64,000 nucleotides of DNA, taken from Octopus vulgaris (taxonomy: Eukaryota). Both the position numbers and the translations under genes were made by a program. Positions within the stretch are counted from its first letter, which is position 1. The number at the start of each line of letters is the position of its first letter. Location of the stretch: positions 73,470,001 to 73,534,000 of the forward strand of contig OX597815.1 of assembly GCA_951406725.2 (NCBI GenBank), read 5' to 3'. The notes beneath the pieces are model-generated. The model had not been told where the DNA came from. It did not search any database and saw only the letters and a list, made by a program, of their open reading frames with translations. Positions 55,701 through 64,000 of the stretch are shown in pieces.

Positions 55701-57855
55701 CAGTGCCATGTAAATGGCACCTGTGAATCATAGTTGTGGTCATTGCTGGTGTCATGTAAATGATACCCATGTTGGTGGCACATAAAAGCACTCATAGCAC
55801 TCCTGGAGTAGTTGACATTAAGAAGTGCATCCAACTGTAGAAACCATGCCAAATCAGACTGGAACCTCTTGCAGCTCTCTGGTTCATTGGCTCCAGTCAA
55901 ACTGTCTAACCTATGCCAGCATAGAGAGTGGACATTAAATGAGGATGATGATAATGATGAAAACTATATATATATTTTTGTAGGAAATCTAATTAATTAA
56001 TATAGTCTTCTTTGTCATTTGACTTTTTAGCTGATAGATCAGTCCTATTGTCTAAGGGTTAAATCAATTTAAACAAGTAAAGCAGCTACAAATTTATGAT
56101 ATAGACCAGGAGTTGAAATTTTTTGTTTTGTATTGCATCCTATAAAGAACATATTACTCTGCTTGCCACATTCTGCCTGACTGACAACAGATAACTACTT
56201 CTGTAGGGTGCAGCAGAAAAAAAATTCTGATGTCTTCAAGTGGTCAATATTTTTGCCATTTTTTTCAAGGTGGTTAGCACTCCAGGCTAAATGCTAAGTG
56301 TCATTTCGTCTGTCTTCACATTCTGAGTTCAAATTCCACCGATGCCAACTTTGCCTTTCATCCCTTCAGAGTCGATAAAACAAGTACCAGTTGGATACTG
56401 GGGTCAATGTAACTGACTTAACCCCCTCCCCTAAAATAGCTGACCCTATGCCAGAGTTTGAAGCCAATATTTTACTGTTTTTCTTTTAGTTATCACCTAA
56501 AAAGCATCCAGTCCACAATGTGAAGTGGTTGGCATTTGAAAGGGTATCCAGCTGTAAAAACTATGCCAAAACTGATCTCACCTGTGCTGGAGCCATATAA
56601 AAACCACTCAGTCTACTCTACAGGGTGGTTGGTGTTAGGAAGGGCATGCTATGACTGTGTCAAAACAGACACAATAGCCTGAGGTAGTCTTCTGCCTGGC
56701 CAGCTCCTGTCAAATCGTCCAACCCATGCCATCATTGAAGACAGACGTTAGATGATGATGATGATGATGATGATAATGATTACTAAGACAGTTTAGACTG
56801 GTGCACAATGTGCATTTACTGTTGCAACATGTACTTTACAAGAGAGTCTATAGTATTAAGAAAGCAGCAGCTAGTTGTAAAAATACTTGTTTAAAAACAT
56901 GAATTATCAAAACCAGCTCTTACATGGAAAATTCTTGTAAAAAAAGAGGTGTTTTAAAAAACCATTTCTTCTAATTTGACACTACTGTGCATGTTATTAG
57001 TAAGAGGGTTTAGTGTCAGATGGGTTTTTTAATCCTGTTTTAAATTGAAATAATTACACAAATTCCATAAAAACCGAGTACTTGCAATCAGGTATGTAAT
57101 CCAGTGATTAGAGTATTGGGCTTGTAATTGTAAGATCATGAATTCCATTCATGGACCAGGCATGTCTTGTACAAGCAAGGCACTTCATTGCATGTTGTTC
57201 CAGTACACCCATCTGAAGACAAGTACCAGCTGAGTGCTAGTGCAACCCTCTTTCTCACTCACTCCATCTGTCACATCTTTTATGTTCCAATGGGCCAAAG
57301 GTTAGGAAAGCTAATAAGAGGATATTTATGTCTGCTTGCGACTAAATAAGTATCTAAAACAATTAGCAAAAGTCTTCTTTCCAACTACTCCCACCTACCC
57401 TTATATAATGTGGAGTAGTCACGGTGATAATGATGATAATGATGATGAAAAGAAATAATTCTCTTACTTTTCCTTGATACAGCAGTTGCTGAGGAAATGG
57501 AATCTATTGGGTTCTCCCAGTGTACAGTTGCTCCTCCCTATAAGAAAGCAAAACAGTAAAAAAATTACAATTGTCAACACTTAAATCAACTACAAAATAT
57601 AATAAATGTTATATATGTGGAAGACAGAAACTCAAGAAGACTTGGAATGAAGACTGATCTCAGGACTTTCAAGGATGACTGGTAATATGCAGTGCTCAAG
57701 ATTCCCACCCCATCTTGGTGAAACCAAGATTCTAGAATAGAAGAACAATCTATATATATACTTGGAAATGAATGTGTGGCATTCAATCAAATAATAATAT
57801 AAATTATATATATGCATATATATAAATAAATAATAATATAAATTATATATATATA

Positions 57856-57903
<48 letters not shown>

Positions 57904-59400
57904 GAAGGAGGATGAGAAGAAGAAGAAGAAGAAGAAGAAGAAGAAGAAGAAGAAGAAGAAGAAGAAGAAGAAGAAGAAGAAGAAGAAGAAGAAGAAGAAG
58001 AAGAAGAAGAAGAAGGTGGAGGTGCCATGACAGTAGTATGTTAAATGGTCAACTGCCCGCTGTGGACGATAGTAAAATGGTCAAGTGACCTGCTGTGGAT
58101 GGTAGTAGTAATTGTTGAATTCCTGAAACATTTCTTTTGAATGTTTTGTTTATAAAATTTGCATAGATGTTATTCTAAACCATAATAGTGGTAAAGTTAG
58201 GAAGGAGGAGGAAGGAGACGAAGAAGAAAGAGAAGGGAGAATAAGAAAGAATGTAGGTCGTATGAAAGTAGTAAGGTGTTAAATAGTCAAGTGACTTAAA
58301 ATTGGCTCGTTATGGATTATAGCAGTGATTGGGACTGTTTTTTAATGAATTCTTGGGAATCTCTTGAATGTATCATTTTTAATATTTGCGTGTGTATTTG
58401 TGTTATTCTAAGGCCATGGCGGATATGTCATTTGTCGTAGACGCGTTCAAAAGGGGTCTGTATTTTGTAATAAAGAAAGTCTCTTTACTGATTCATTGGC
58501 TTCAGGTTGTATCTTCCCTGAATTGGTAGAGGGGAAAAATTCTGAAGCTTGGATTTTTGTTATTGGCACAAATGTCTATGTGTTGGCTGAATGTTATTTT
58601 TCTGTTTAGGGGAATTTTGATCTGGGATCTGTGCAGAGCCATTCTTTTACATAGACTGTTTTTTGTTTGGCCTATGTATTGTTCTTTACCCTTCATAAAT
58701 CCCAAATTTTATTTTGGTACTTATGAGAGCAACTGTCTTCAAAGACTCATATTGTCTTTCAATGCTTGAAATGAGGAGTTGACAGACAGTTGACAACTGA
58801 TGAAGGGTCATTCTTTATGTTACTTGCCCTGTTTTCCATTTGTTTCACCCCAGTTACTCCACCTAGTAATATGAGTAACCATGAAGTTTATCTACAGTAA
58901 GAAACCCGTTCAGTTCAGGCCTTTTCTTTCATACTTTAACCTCTCACCTCCTAGCATAAAATCACTCCCCTATTCACTGTAGTCCCACTCCATTGAAGAG
59001 GATCTTAATTTTGCAAGACATTGGTGCCATGAACAAAGTACCTAATACACTCCTAAAGTGGTTGGCATTAGGAAAGGGCTGGGGCAGAACAAATTCTTCT
59101 TACATTTAGAGGAGTTAGTGAGAAAAAATCAGTAGTAGTAGTATATTATTTCTTGTTGATAGGATCAGCAAAACAGTACTCAGTCTAGTAAGAGATAAGT
59201 ATGATTTAATGAATACAGAAGTTATACATGAGCTACTTAAAGTTTCATGCTCAGATGTAGCAGTAATTGGACAGGCTTATATAGACAGATCATGCACAAT
59301 ATACTATACAAGCCTATCTGATCACTGAACCATCCAAGCATGAAACTTTAAGAAGCTCGCATATAAATCCTGTATTCATTAAATTATATGTGTGTATATA

Positions 59401-59431
<31 letters not shown>

Positions 59432-62400
59432 ATAGATAGATAGATAAAACTTACTTGGTCAATATGCATGGCGTTCGATCATATAATAATATAAATAATA
59501 TATAAATATATGCATATATACATACATATGATTGATTGATTGATTGATTCTAGTTTCAGCTTATGAGCTGTAGCCATGCTGGGGCACCGCCATTTAAAGA
59601 CAATGCATTTATAATTCAACAAGATAGAGAAATAATATGGCAAATTTAACATTATATATATATACTATAAATAATATATAAATATATGCATATATACATA
59701 CATATATGTACATACCTACATTTATATGTATATATACAAGCATATATGGGTACAGGACATCAAAAAAATGTTGAATAGAATGAGAAAGGAAAACATGGAA
59801 ATGAACTTTTTTTCAAACAACAAAAAAACAAAGTACAAGACATACAACACAAGGAATATTCTCCTTCTTCAGTTACGCGGAGTAGACGAAATAGGGACAA
59901 CTGAAGAAGGGGAATATTCCTTGTGTTGTGTCTTGTACTCTGTTTTTTTCGTTGTTTGAAAAAAGAGTTTGTTTCCATGATTTTGTTTTTATGTTTTTGT
60001 TTCTCATTGTGTTCAACGTTATTTTATGTCCTGTACCCATATATGCATGTATATATACATATAGATGTAGGTATGTACATATATGTATGTATATATGCAT
60101 ATATTTATATATTATTTATAGTATATATATATAATGTTAAATTTGCCATATTATTTCTCTATCTTGTTGAATTATAAATGCATTGTCTTTATGTTTACAT
60201 ATGTTTGTACTTACTATTAAAATACTATATTTATTTCAAGAACAATTAGCTAAAAATTATTGATTGAGGAGTGAGGACTACTAAAGTATGAATGATACTG
60301 GAAATGAAAGAAACAACACAATGACTTGATCATGAACATAACATTTAACATTTAATAAAATGCAAAATAACTTACTTGAATTTCAACTCTAGAAGTGATT
60401 GGTTTGTCTGAAAAACAATGTAGGAAGAGTAAAAATTAAAAAGAGGAGTAAAAATAATAATCTTATCTAATATGAGTAGAAAGCCTGGAATATTGAGGAA
60501 GAGGGCTAGTCAATTACATCAATCTCGGTGCTTGACTGGTACTTATTTCATTGAAAAGATGGAAACCAAAATTGATTATGGTGATGTTTGAACTCAAAAT
60601 GCAAATGTGAGAGAAATGTTGCTTTAGGGATAAAAATAATAGTAGGAATAAAAATAATTATAATAGGGGTAAAATTAATAATAGGAAGTGTAAAATTTTA
60701 AATCAATCTTGTTTAAATTGTGTCAATATTCTGTGACTAAAATGTGCTTGCATTTTTAAGGGTTGTGTCTTCATATGTGAAATGAGAATCTTAAAAGGAA
60801 TTTTAAATGAAAATATATCAGGAAAAGTATTTGGTGTCTTTTTTTTTACGACTTCCAATTAATAATACAGCAGTTCTAATTCACAGAAGTTACATTTTCA
60901 GAAACTGTTATATTACAAAGACAAAACCATAACAGACATTTATTTTCATATCTTCAGAAATGAAACAGCTACCCCTCTGCCACCATCTATTCACACCACC
61001 ATCACTCTTTAGTTCCACTCCGTCATTCCCACCCTCTATTCTAAAATGTTAGTAACTGTGTAGTTCCTCTACAGCAAGAAACCTGTTCTTTTCTGGCCCC
61101 TTCTCTCATGCTTCTGCCCACCTTTTGTCTCTCATCTCTTAACATAAAGTTAACCAATTTACTCATCATTTCATTAATTTTTAAAAAATAATGAAGAATT
61201 TAGCCCTTTAATATTTAAACCAGTCATATATGGCCCAAATATTCTACCTGTTTTATGATAAAACCAGACAGACCTGGTCTCCCACACCAACCCTACAATA
61301 TTATACTAAAAATATACAATTGCATCATCAAAATTTTAAAGCTACAAGATAATATATGATTAATTCAAAACAATATAAATAAATAAGCATTCCATTTGAC
61401 AAAGTAATGTGAATGCTAAAGGGTTAATAAAGCAATTTTGTCATTACTGAGCTAATGTTTGAAACATAAATTAACATGAAATTACTATAGCCCTGAGCTA
61501 ACCGAAGCAAGCTTTGTGAGTCAATTTGGTAGGCAGAAATGTGTGTATGTATGTGTGTGTGCATGCATGTGTGTGTGTGAATATATACACACACACACAT
61601 GCATATGTATTACAGTAGTATCAGCACCAAGCTGTGTTTAGACATAAACAAACTTTAGGTTAGTTAGAATGTTTGTGACATATTTCAACTTTTAAAGGCA
61701 AATTCACTGCAGCTATCAGGGAGAAAAAATTCTCACTTATGGTAAAAAGGTGTAAAGATACTATATCTATCTGATGCCTCTCCCCATCAGATTCTCAGAT
61801 GCATTTCTAGTTCTTTAGCTGTTATCAGTGAGAAATATCAAAGAGAGGCAACTCCAGACAGATATATATGAGTGTGTGTGGGGAACATGGCTTAGTGGTT
61901 ACGGTGTTGGACTCATGATCATAAGATTGTGATTTCAGTTTCTGGACTGGGCAATGCATTGTGTTCTTGAGTGAAACACTTCATTTCATGTTGCTGCAGT
62001 CCACTCAGCTGGCAAAAAATGAGTAATCCTGTGACAGACTGGCGTCCTGTCCAGTTGGGAATACATATTCCATAGAAACCAAGAAACTGGCCTTATGAGT
62101 CTATATGACTCAGAAAGGAGCTTTATCCTTTTAACTATGTATGTGTATGCATACATACACACCCTGACTTTAAGTAAAAGAAAATACAGGAGTTAGTTAA
62201 TTATGAATTTTACCCAACATATTCCCCTCTCAGATTCATACACTTATTGTAGCAGCCCTTCAGTTTTTCTAAGCCTTGTAAAAGAGCTCAGAAGGTTGGG
62301 CCTCCAACTGGGCCTTTTGCTATACCCTCAAAGCCAGGAACTTTGCCGCACTTCCTCGTATACACACACACACACACACACACCATGTAAAGTGTAACAA

Positions 62401-62763
62401 TTATTTCTTTTACATACACATGAATTTGCAGGATACCTGGCATCTGGCTGTAGAAAATCTACCCTAACAAATTCCATCTGACATATGCAAGCAAGGGAGA
62501 AGTGAACATTAAATGATAATGATGATGGCGACAATGATGATGATGTTGTAAGTTGGTTTATGTGGGGGTGATTTTTGCTGACTTGCTTATTTCAATCTAA
62601 TTATTGGATCATAATAAACTTGATTGGTTCGCTGAGATATAAACAATGTAATTTTCAATTTTATACCTGTATTTGAGACATAGCTGCAGCTTGATGAGTG
62701 TTCAGCTAAAGGTGGAGGGGCAAAGCTGCCAACAGATATCGACTCAGCAGATGAAGATATTAC
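2590..62763 (-). CDS. CEP112: Internal part of a multi-exon CEP112/CCDC46-like centrosomal coiled-coil gene (13 coding exons; start and stop outside the window)
   Basis: Thirteen GT-AG exons join with consistent phases and no stops. Peptides [41 protein letters not shown] and [12 protein letters not shown] match, in order, human CEP112 segments as recalled ([53 protein letters not shown]). Confidence 0.88.
3420..4350 (+). mobile_element. Diverged tandem ~340-bp repeat (about 2.3 units) with a hammerhead motif per unit; non-LTR retrozyme-like; interrupted by an RTE-tail insertion at ~3855-4050
   Basis: 3505-3800 aligns with 4057-4352, and 3420-3470 repeats the unit end. A decayed motif (CUAAAGA...CAAAACACGUGUGUC) lies at 3569-3646. 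Confidence 0.65.
4131..4193 (+). ncRNA. Type I hammerhead ribozyme motif with canonical core
   Basis: CAGGGUAGUUUUAU-CUGAGGA-GACACAAUGAUAUC-GAA-ACAC(UGG)GUGU-C-ACAAAAUACCCUG. GUC cleavage predicted at 4180/4181; one mismatch each in stems I and II. Confidence 0.72.
6638..6697 (-). CDS. CEP112: CEP112-like exon (60 nt): [20 protein letters not shown]
   Basis: tttttttacag acceptor, gtgaac donor; phase 0/0. Confidence 0.82.
8120..8582. repeat. Unclassified interspersed repeat; second copy at 63710-64000
   Basis: gctcaatacaacagatttgcttgtcagttg...ggggtttgaataattca is shared with 63827-63987; both copies abut (AAT)n. Confidence 0.65.
9351..9443 (-). CDS. CEP112: CEP112-like exon (93 nt): [31 protein letters not shown]
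   Basis: ttctctttgcag acceptor, AG|gttgtt donor; resembles QLKQQLQESELQRKQQLR. Confidence 0.86.
9531..9912. mobile_element. TTAA-flanked MITE (related subfamily) with partial tandem duplication
   Basis: ttaacccttttgatacc ... ggtaacaaaagggttag; 9761-9912 repeats the 3' part. Confidence 0.7.
10803..11180 (+). mobile_element. tRNA-derived CORE-like SINE family A. Other copies (mostly minus): ~1585-1935, 6868-7275, 12635-13030, 27243-28220, 28963-29405, 37768-38092, 43950-44350
   Basis: B-box-like gggttcagtccc, core ccttaggcaagtgtcttctac, internal (TG)n, tail gactgaaacaaataaaagaa; many dispersed copies. Confidence 0.8.
11340..12360. repeat. Degenerate minisatellite built on ACCACAGTATA / ACCACTGTATA-like ~11-nt units, split by a SINE
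   Basis: Dozens of tataaccac variants. Confidence 0.85.
12371..12500 (-). CDS. CEP112: CEP112-like exon (130 nt): (S)[43 protein letters not shown]
   Basis: atttcag acceptor, gtaaat donor; phase 2 to 0. Confidence 0.86.
14855..15015 (-). mobile_element. Penelope-type terminal repeat fragment with decayed minimal hammerhead motif (14921-14964)
   Basis: ACAU-CUGAUGA-A-GGCUGG(AGAGUAUA)UCAGCC-AAAACAUU-GUGU; GAAAC is replaced by AAAAC. Confidence 0.5.
15404..15558 (-). CDS. CEP112: CEP112-like exon (155 nt): [51 protein letters not shown](S)
   Basis: ttcaacag acceptor, gtaatt donor; absent from the ORF track and found by reading the minus strand. Confidence 0.9.
17925..18068 (-). CDS. CEP112: CEP112-like exon (144 nt): [48 protein letters not shown]
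   Basis: ttctgtacag acceptor, gtaagt donor; strongest resemblance to CEP112. Confidence 0.92.
18465..18693. mobile_element. 229-bp TTAA-flanked MITE (piggyBac-type ends)
   Basis: ttaa-cccttttgttac ... gtaacgaaaggg-ttaa; a same-length inverted copy lies at 50846-51074. Confidence 0.8.
19850..23500. repeat. Microsatellite-dense block: (TA)n, (TG)n, (GA)n, (AAT)n, (GGT)n, (GAA)n, (GACA)n
   Basis: Direct reading. Confidence 0.92.
23930..24705 (+). mobile_element. Head-to-tail array of about 4 MetaSINE-like units
   Basis: Repeated gagttcaaattcc B box plus gcctttcatcctttcggggttgataaaataagtaccag (Meta domain as recalled). Confidence 0.78.
26589..26782. mobile_element. Fold-back MITE-like element with ~55-bp inverted ends; related copy at 59230-59358
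   Basis: attataagtttcaagctcagatt ... aatctgagcatgaaacttataat. Confidence 0.65.
26810..27140 (+). mobile_element. tRNA/CORE-like SINE family C. Other copies: ~11515-11848(-), 30618-30947(-), 36398-36730(-), related 61883-62130(+)
   Basis: tagtggttagagc A box, gtttgattct B box, gtgttcttgagcaagacactt core, tail ggtcattcatgactgaagggggtctttacc. Confidence 0.75.
27415..27990 (-). mobile_element. 5'-truncated CR1-clade LINE 3' end with (TAAC)n tail, inserted into a SINE
   Basis: LVRPILEYG...[10 protein letters not shown]...[24 protein letters not shown] is the typical CR1 ORF2 C-terminus; gttagttagtta tail at 27415-27434. Confidence 0.88.
33458..33576 (-). CDS. CEP112: CEP112-like exon (119 nt): (V)[39 protein letters not shown]
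   Basis: tttttag acceptor, gtgagt donor; phase 1 to 0; coiled-coil composition. Confidence 0.88.
34672..34718 (-). ncRNA. Type I hammerhead ribozyme motif, copy 1 (U3-A8 core variant)
   Basis: Minus strand reads CCAUCA-UUGACAA-GACC(AAGAAA)GGUC-GAA-AUCA(UG)UGAU-C-UGAUGG. Stems I, II and III all pair; predicted AUC cleavage between 34678 and 34677. Confidence 0.8.
35832..35878 (-). ncRNA. Type I hammerhead ribozyme motif, copy 2 (identical to copy 1)
   Basis: Same 47-nt sequence, offset exactly 1160 bp; predicted cleavage between 35838 and 35837. Confidence 0.8.
39126..39225 (-). CDS. CEP112: CEP112-like exon (100 nt): [33 protein letters not shown](V)
   Basis: ttttacag acceptor, gtgagt donor; resembles ILERKNNEIEELK. 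Confidence 0.9.
39270..40545 (-). mobile_element. Full-length but decayed mariner transposon
   Basis: TA-flanked inverted ends ttgggtcatcccataaata / tatttatgggatgatccaa; ~1.27 kb; [22 protein letters not shown] resembles the YSPDLAPSDYHLF motif. Confidence 0.88.
41190..42390 (+). mobile_element. Head-to-tail array of about 5-6 MetaSINE-like units. Single copies at ~7927-8072, 15105-15290, 32118-32330, 38265-38495, 56270-56470
   Basis: Same unit repeated about every 210-240 bp, separated by (ATT)n. Confidence 0.78.
42420..42968 (-). mobile_element. R4/Dong-like LINE 3' fragment (restriction-like endonuclease domain)
   Basis: PDIVIKD...[25 protein letters not shown]...IIPIVIGA.G pattern; flanked by (TTA)n tracts. 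Confidence 0.8.
44490..45305 (+). mobile_element. Highly degraded RTE LINE 3' fragment interrupted by a MetaSINE (~44560-44797)
   Basis: Remnants LEIVDSF and [14 protein letters not shown]; 45050-45300 parallels 62840-63100. Confidence 0.65.
47700..48574 (-). mobile_element. Internally deleted Tc1/mariner (maT-like) transposon remnant
   Basis: Minus-strand peptides [15 protein letters not shown] and [13 protein letters not shown]; imperfect inverted ends (gtgtggtacataaattgttgtc / ggcaacaatttactcatcacactgta). Confidence 0.68.
48995..49162. repeat. Inverted repeat, 75-bp arms (one mismatch), 18-nt loop
   Basis: 48995-49069 is the reverse complement of 49088-49162. Confidence 0.93.
49290..49630 (-). 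mobile_element. Mariner transposase 3' fragment
   Basis: [22 protein letters not shown] motif in ORF 49512-49838. Confidence 0.75.
50059..50145 (-). CDS. CEP112: CEP112-like exon (87 nt): [29 protein letters not shown]
   Basis: ttttctcctcag acceptor, gtatca donor; EAKFHEEKL motif. Confidence 0.88.
50846..51074. mobile_element. 229-bp TTAA-flanked MITE, same family as 18465-18693
   Basis: ttaa-ctctttcgttac ... gtaacgaaaggg-ttaa. Confidence 0.8.
52952..53177. mobile_element. Second TTAA-flanked MITE family (other copies at ~10614-11210 split by a SINE, 38643-39088 split, 61200-61427)
   Basis: ttaacccttttgtatt ... aatgctaaagggttaa. Confidence 0.72.
54322..54371 (-). CDS. CEP112: CEP112-like exon (50 nt): (S)[16 protein letters not shown]
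   Basis: ttttatag acceptor, gtaagt donor; phase 1 to 0. Confidence 0.68.
57468..57537 (-). CDS. CEP112: CEP112-like exon (70 nt): [23 protein letters not shown](S)
   Basis: ttcttatag acceptor, gtaaga donor; open frame, phase 0 to 1. Confidence 0.65.
58435..58860 (-). mobile_element. Penelope-like element remnant (GIY-YIG endonuclease C-terminal half plus terminal-repeat piece)
   Basis: [21 protein letters not shown]...FSQHIDIC...[14 protein letters not shown]. Confidence 0.8.
59595..60191. repeat. Long imperfect palindrome, ~280-290-bp arms, 24-nt loop
   Basis: 59595-59874 versus 59899-60191. Confidence 0.93.
60376..60407 (-). CDS. CEP112: CEP112-like small exon (32 nt): (D)[10 protein letters not shown]
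   Basis: tttttcag acceptor, gtaagt donor; phases fit both neighbours. Confidence 0.6.
62667..62763 (-). CDS. CEP112: CEP112-like exon (97 nt): [32 protein letters not shown](D)
   Basis: ttttgcag acceptor, G|gtataa donor; phase-1 end fits the next exon. Ser-rich linker with little recognisable homology. Confidence 0.65.
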
Positions 62764-62826
62764 CTGCAAAACAAATATGTCATAAAATGCTTTCAGTAGT
62801 AATAATAATAATAATAATAATAATAG

Positions 62827-63661
62827 TGCACGCACGACAGAGTGTAAGCACCCTGAGAGAAATGCTGGACATAAGAAGCATCAGATGTGGTGTGCAAGAG
62901 CGACGCTTGCGATGGTATGGTCATGTACTGCGGATGGATGAGGAGAGATGTGTGAAGAAGTGCCACTCCCAAACAGTTGAAGGTATCAGGGGGAGAGGTA
63001 AACCCAGGAAGACATGGGATGAGGTAGTCAAGCATGACCTCAGAGCGTTGGGCCTCACTGAGGCAATGGCAAAGGACCGAGATCTCTGGAGATATGCTGT
63101 GACTGCAAAGATCCGGGCTGCTTCCTGCACCAGTTCCGCATAGCCTCTGCCCATTCAAAGTACCCTGGATTCCAGAATGTCCCGCTGTGCTTGAGGAGAC
63201 CTGTTGAGTCAAGTACATGAACATGAACATCGAAATAAATATCAATAGAAATAGTAGTTGTGATACCTGTGCCGGTGGCACATAAAAAGCACCATCCGAA
63301 CGTGGCCGTTGCCAGTGCCGCCTCGACTGGCTTCTGTGCCGGTAGCACATAAAAAGCACCATCCGAATGTGGACATTGCCAGCGCCGCCTTGGCTGGCTT
63401 CCGTGCCGGTGGCACATTAAAAGCTCCAACCGATCGTGGCCGATGCCGGACCCCCCTGGCACCTGTGCCGGTGGCACGTAAAAAGCACCCACCACACTCG
63501 CGGAGTGGTTGGCGTTAGGAAGGGCATCCAGCTGTAGAAACTCTGCCAGATCAGACTGGAGCCTGGTGCAGCCCTGGCTTCCCAGACCCCGGTCGAACTG
63601 TCCAACCCGTGCTAGCGCAGAAAACAGACGTTAAACGATGATGATGATGATGATGATGATG

Positions 63662-63663
<2 letters not shown>
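62827..63663 (+). mobile_element. Young 5'-truncated RTE LINE: ORF end, 3' UTR with ~58-bp tandem repeats and (GAT)n tail
   Basis: RRLRWYGHVLRMDEER...RGRGKPRKTW...AKDRDLWR; CpGs retained; ends gacgttaaacgatgatgat. Confidence 0.9.
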
Positions 63664-63712
<49 letters not shown>

Positions 63713-64000
63713 CCCTGATGTAGTACTAGGCAGTGGCTCTCATGGCTTCTGATCTTAACAGATTGGAAGTGTTATTATGTACATTGTTTTGTCTTGGTAT
63801 AAAAGATGGGCTGTAACAAATATTCTGCTCAATACCACAGATTTGCTTGTCAGTTGTTTGACCTTAACCAGTTGAGCACGTCTTTCAGTGGCAAACGATA
63901 TGTGTATCTCTGATCACGAGCAGAAGTAGTGAGGGAGCATTATAGCCATGTGTTGAGGGGGATTCTTTGGGGTTTGAATAATTCATCTCAGGAAATATGG

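Noticed and set aside
59899-59930. CUGAAGA followed by a small hairpin; similarly CUGAUGA at 58798 and 16483-16490 (minus)
   Set aside because: No GAAA or stem III follows, so not called as ribozymes.
63265-63490. Repeat-spacer-like array (gtgccggtggcac...aaaaagcacc) superficially resembling CRISPR; also 6320-6435
   Set aside because: The 'spacers' are homologous to each other, the array is within an RTE 3' UTR, the context is eukaryotic and there are no cas genes.

Overview
AT-rich, microsatellite- and SINE-dense animal DNA, probably an octopus or other coleoid cephalopod (inferred from the repeat families). The whole window lies inside one minus-strand gene. Thirteen GT-AG exons (62763 down to 2590) splice in one open frame to a coiled-coil protein that aligns in order with CEP112/CCDC46 as I recall it; both gene ends are outside the window. 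The introns hold three tRNA-type SINE families, RTE, CR1, R4/Dong and Penelope retroelement remnants, two mariner and one maT-like remnant, TTAA-flanked MITEs and long palindromes. The most notable signal is a set of type I hammerhead ribozyme (HHR) motifs. (i) Two identical motifs 1160 nt apart sit in 254-bp direct repeats, sense to the host pre-mRNA, with a compensatory U3-A8 core and a self-complementary stem III (34672-34718, 35832-35878). (ii) A tandem ~340-nt retrozyme-like repeat has one core-intact and one decayed motif (3420-4350). (iii) A decayed minimal Penelope-type motif lies at 14921-14964. Almost all ORFs in the supplied track are microsatellite or repeat artefacts. All assignments were made by eye, with no database search or folding computation.
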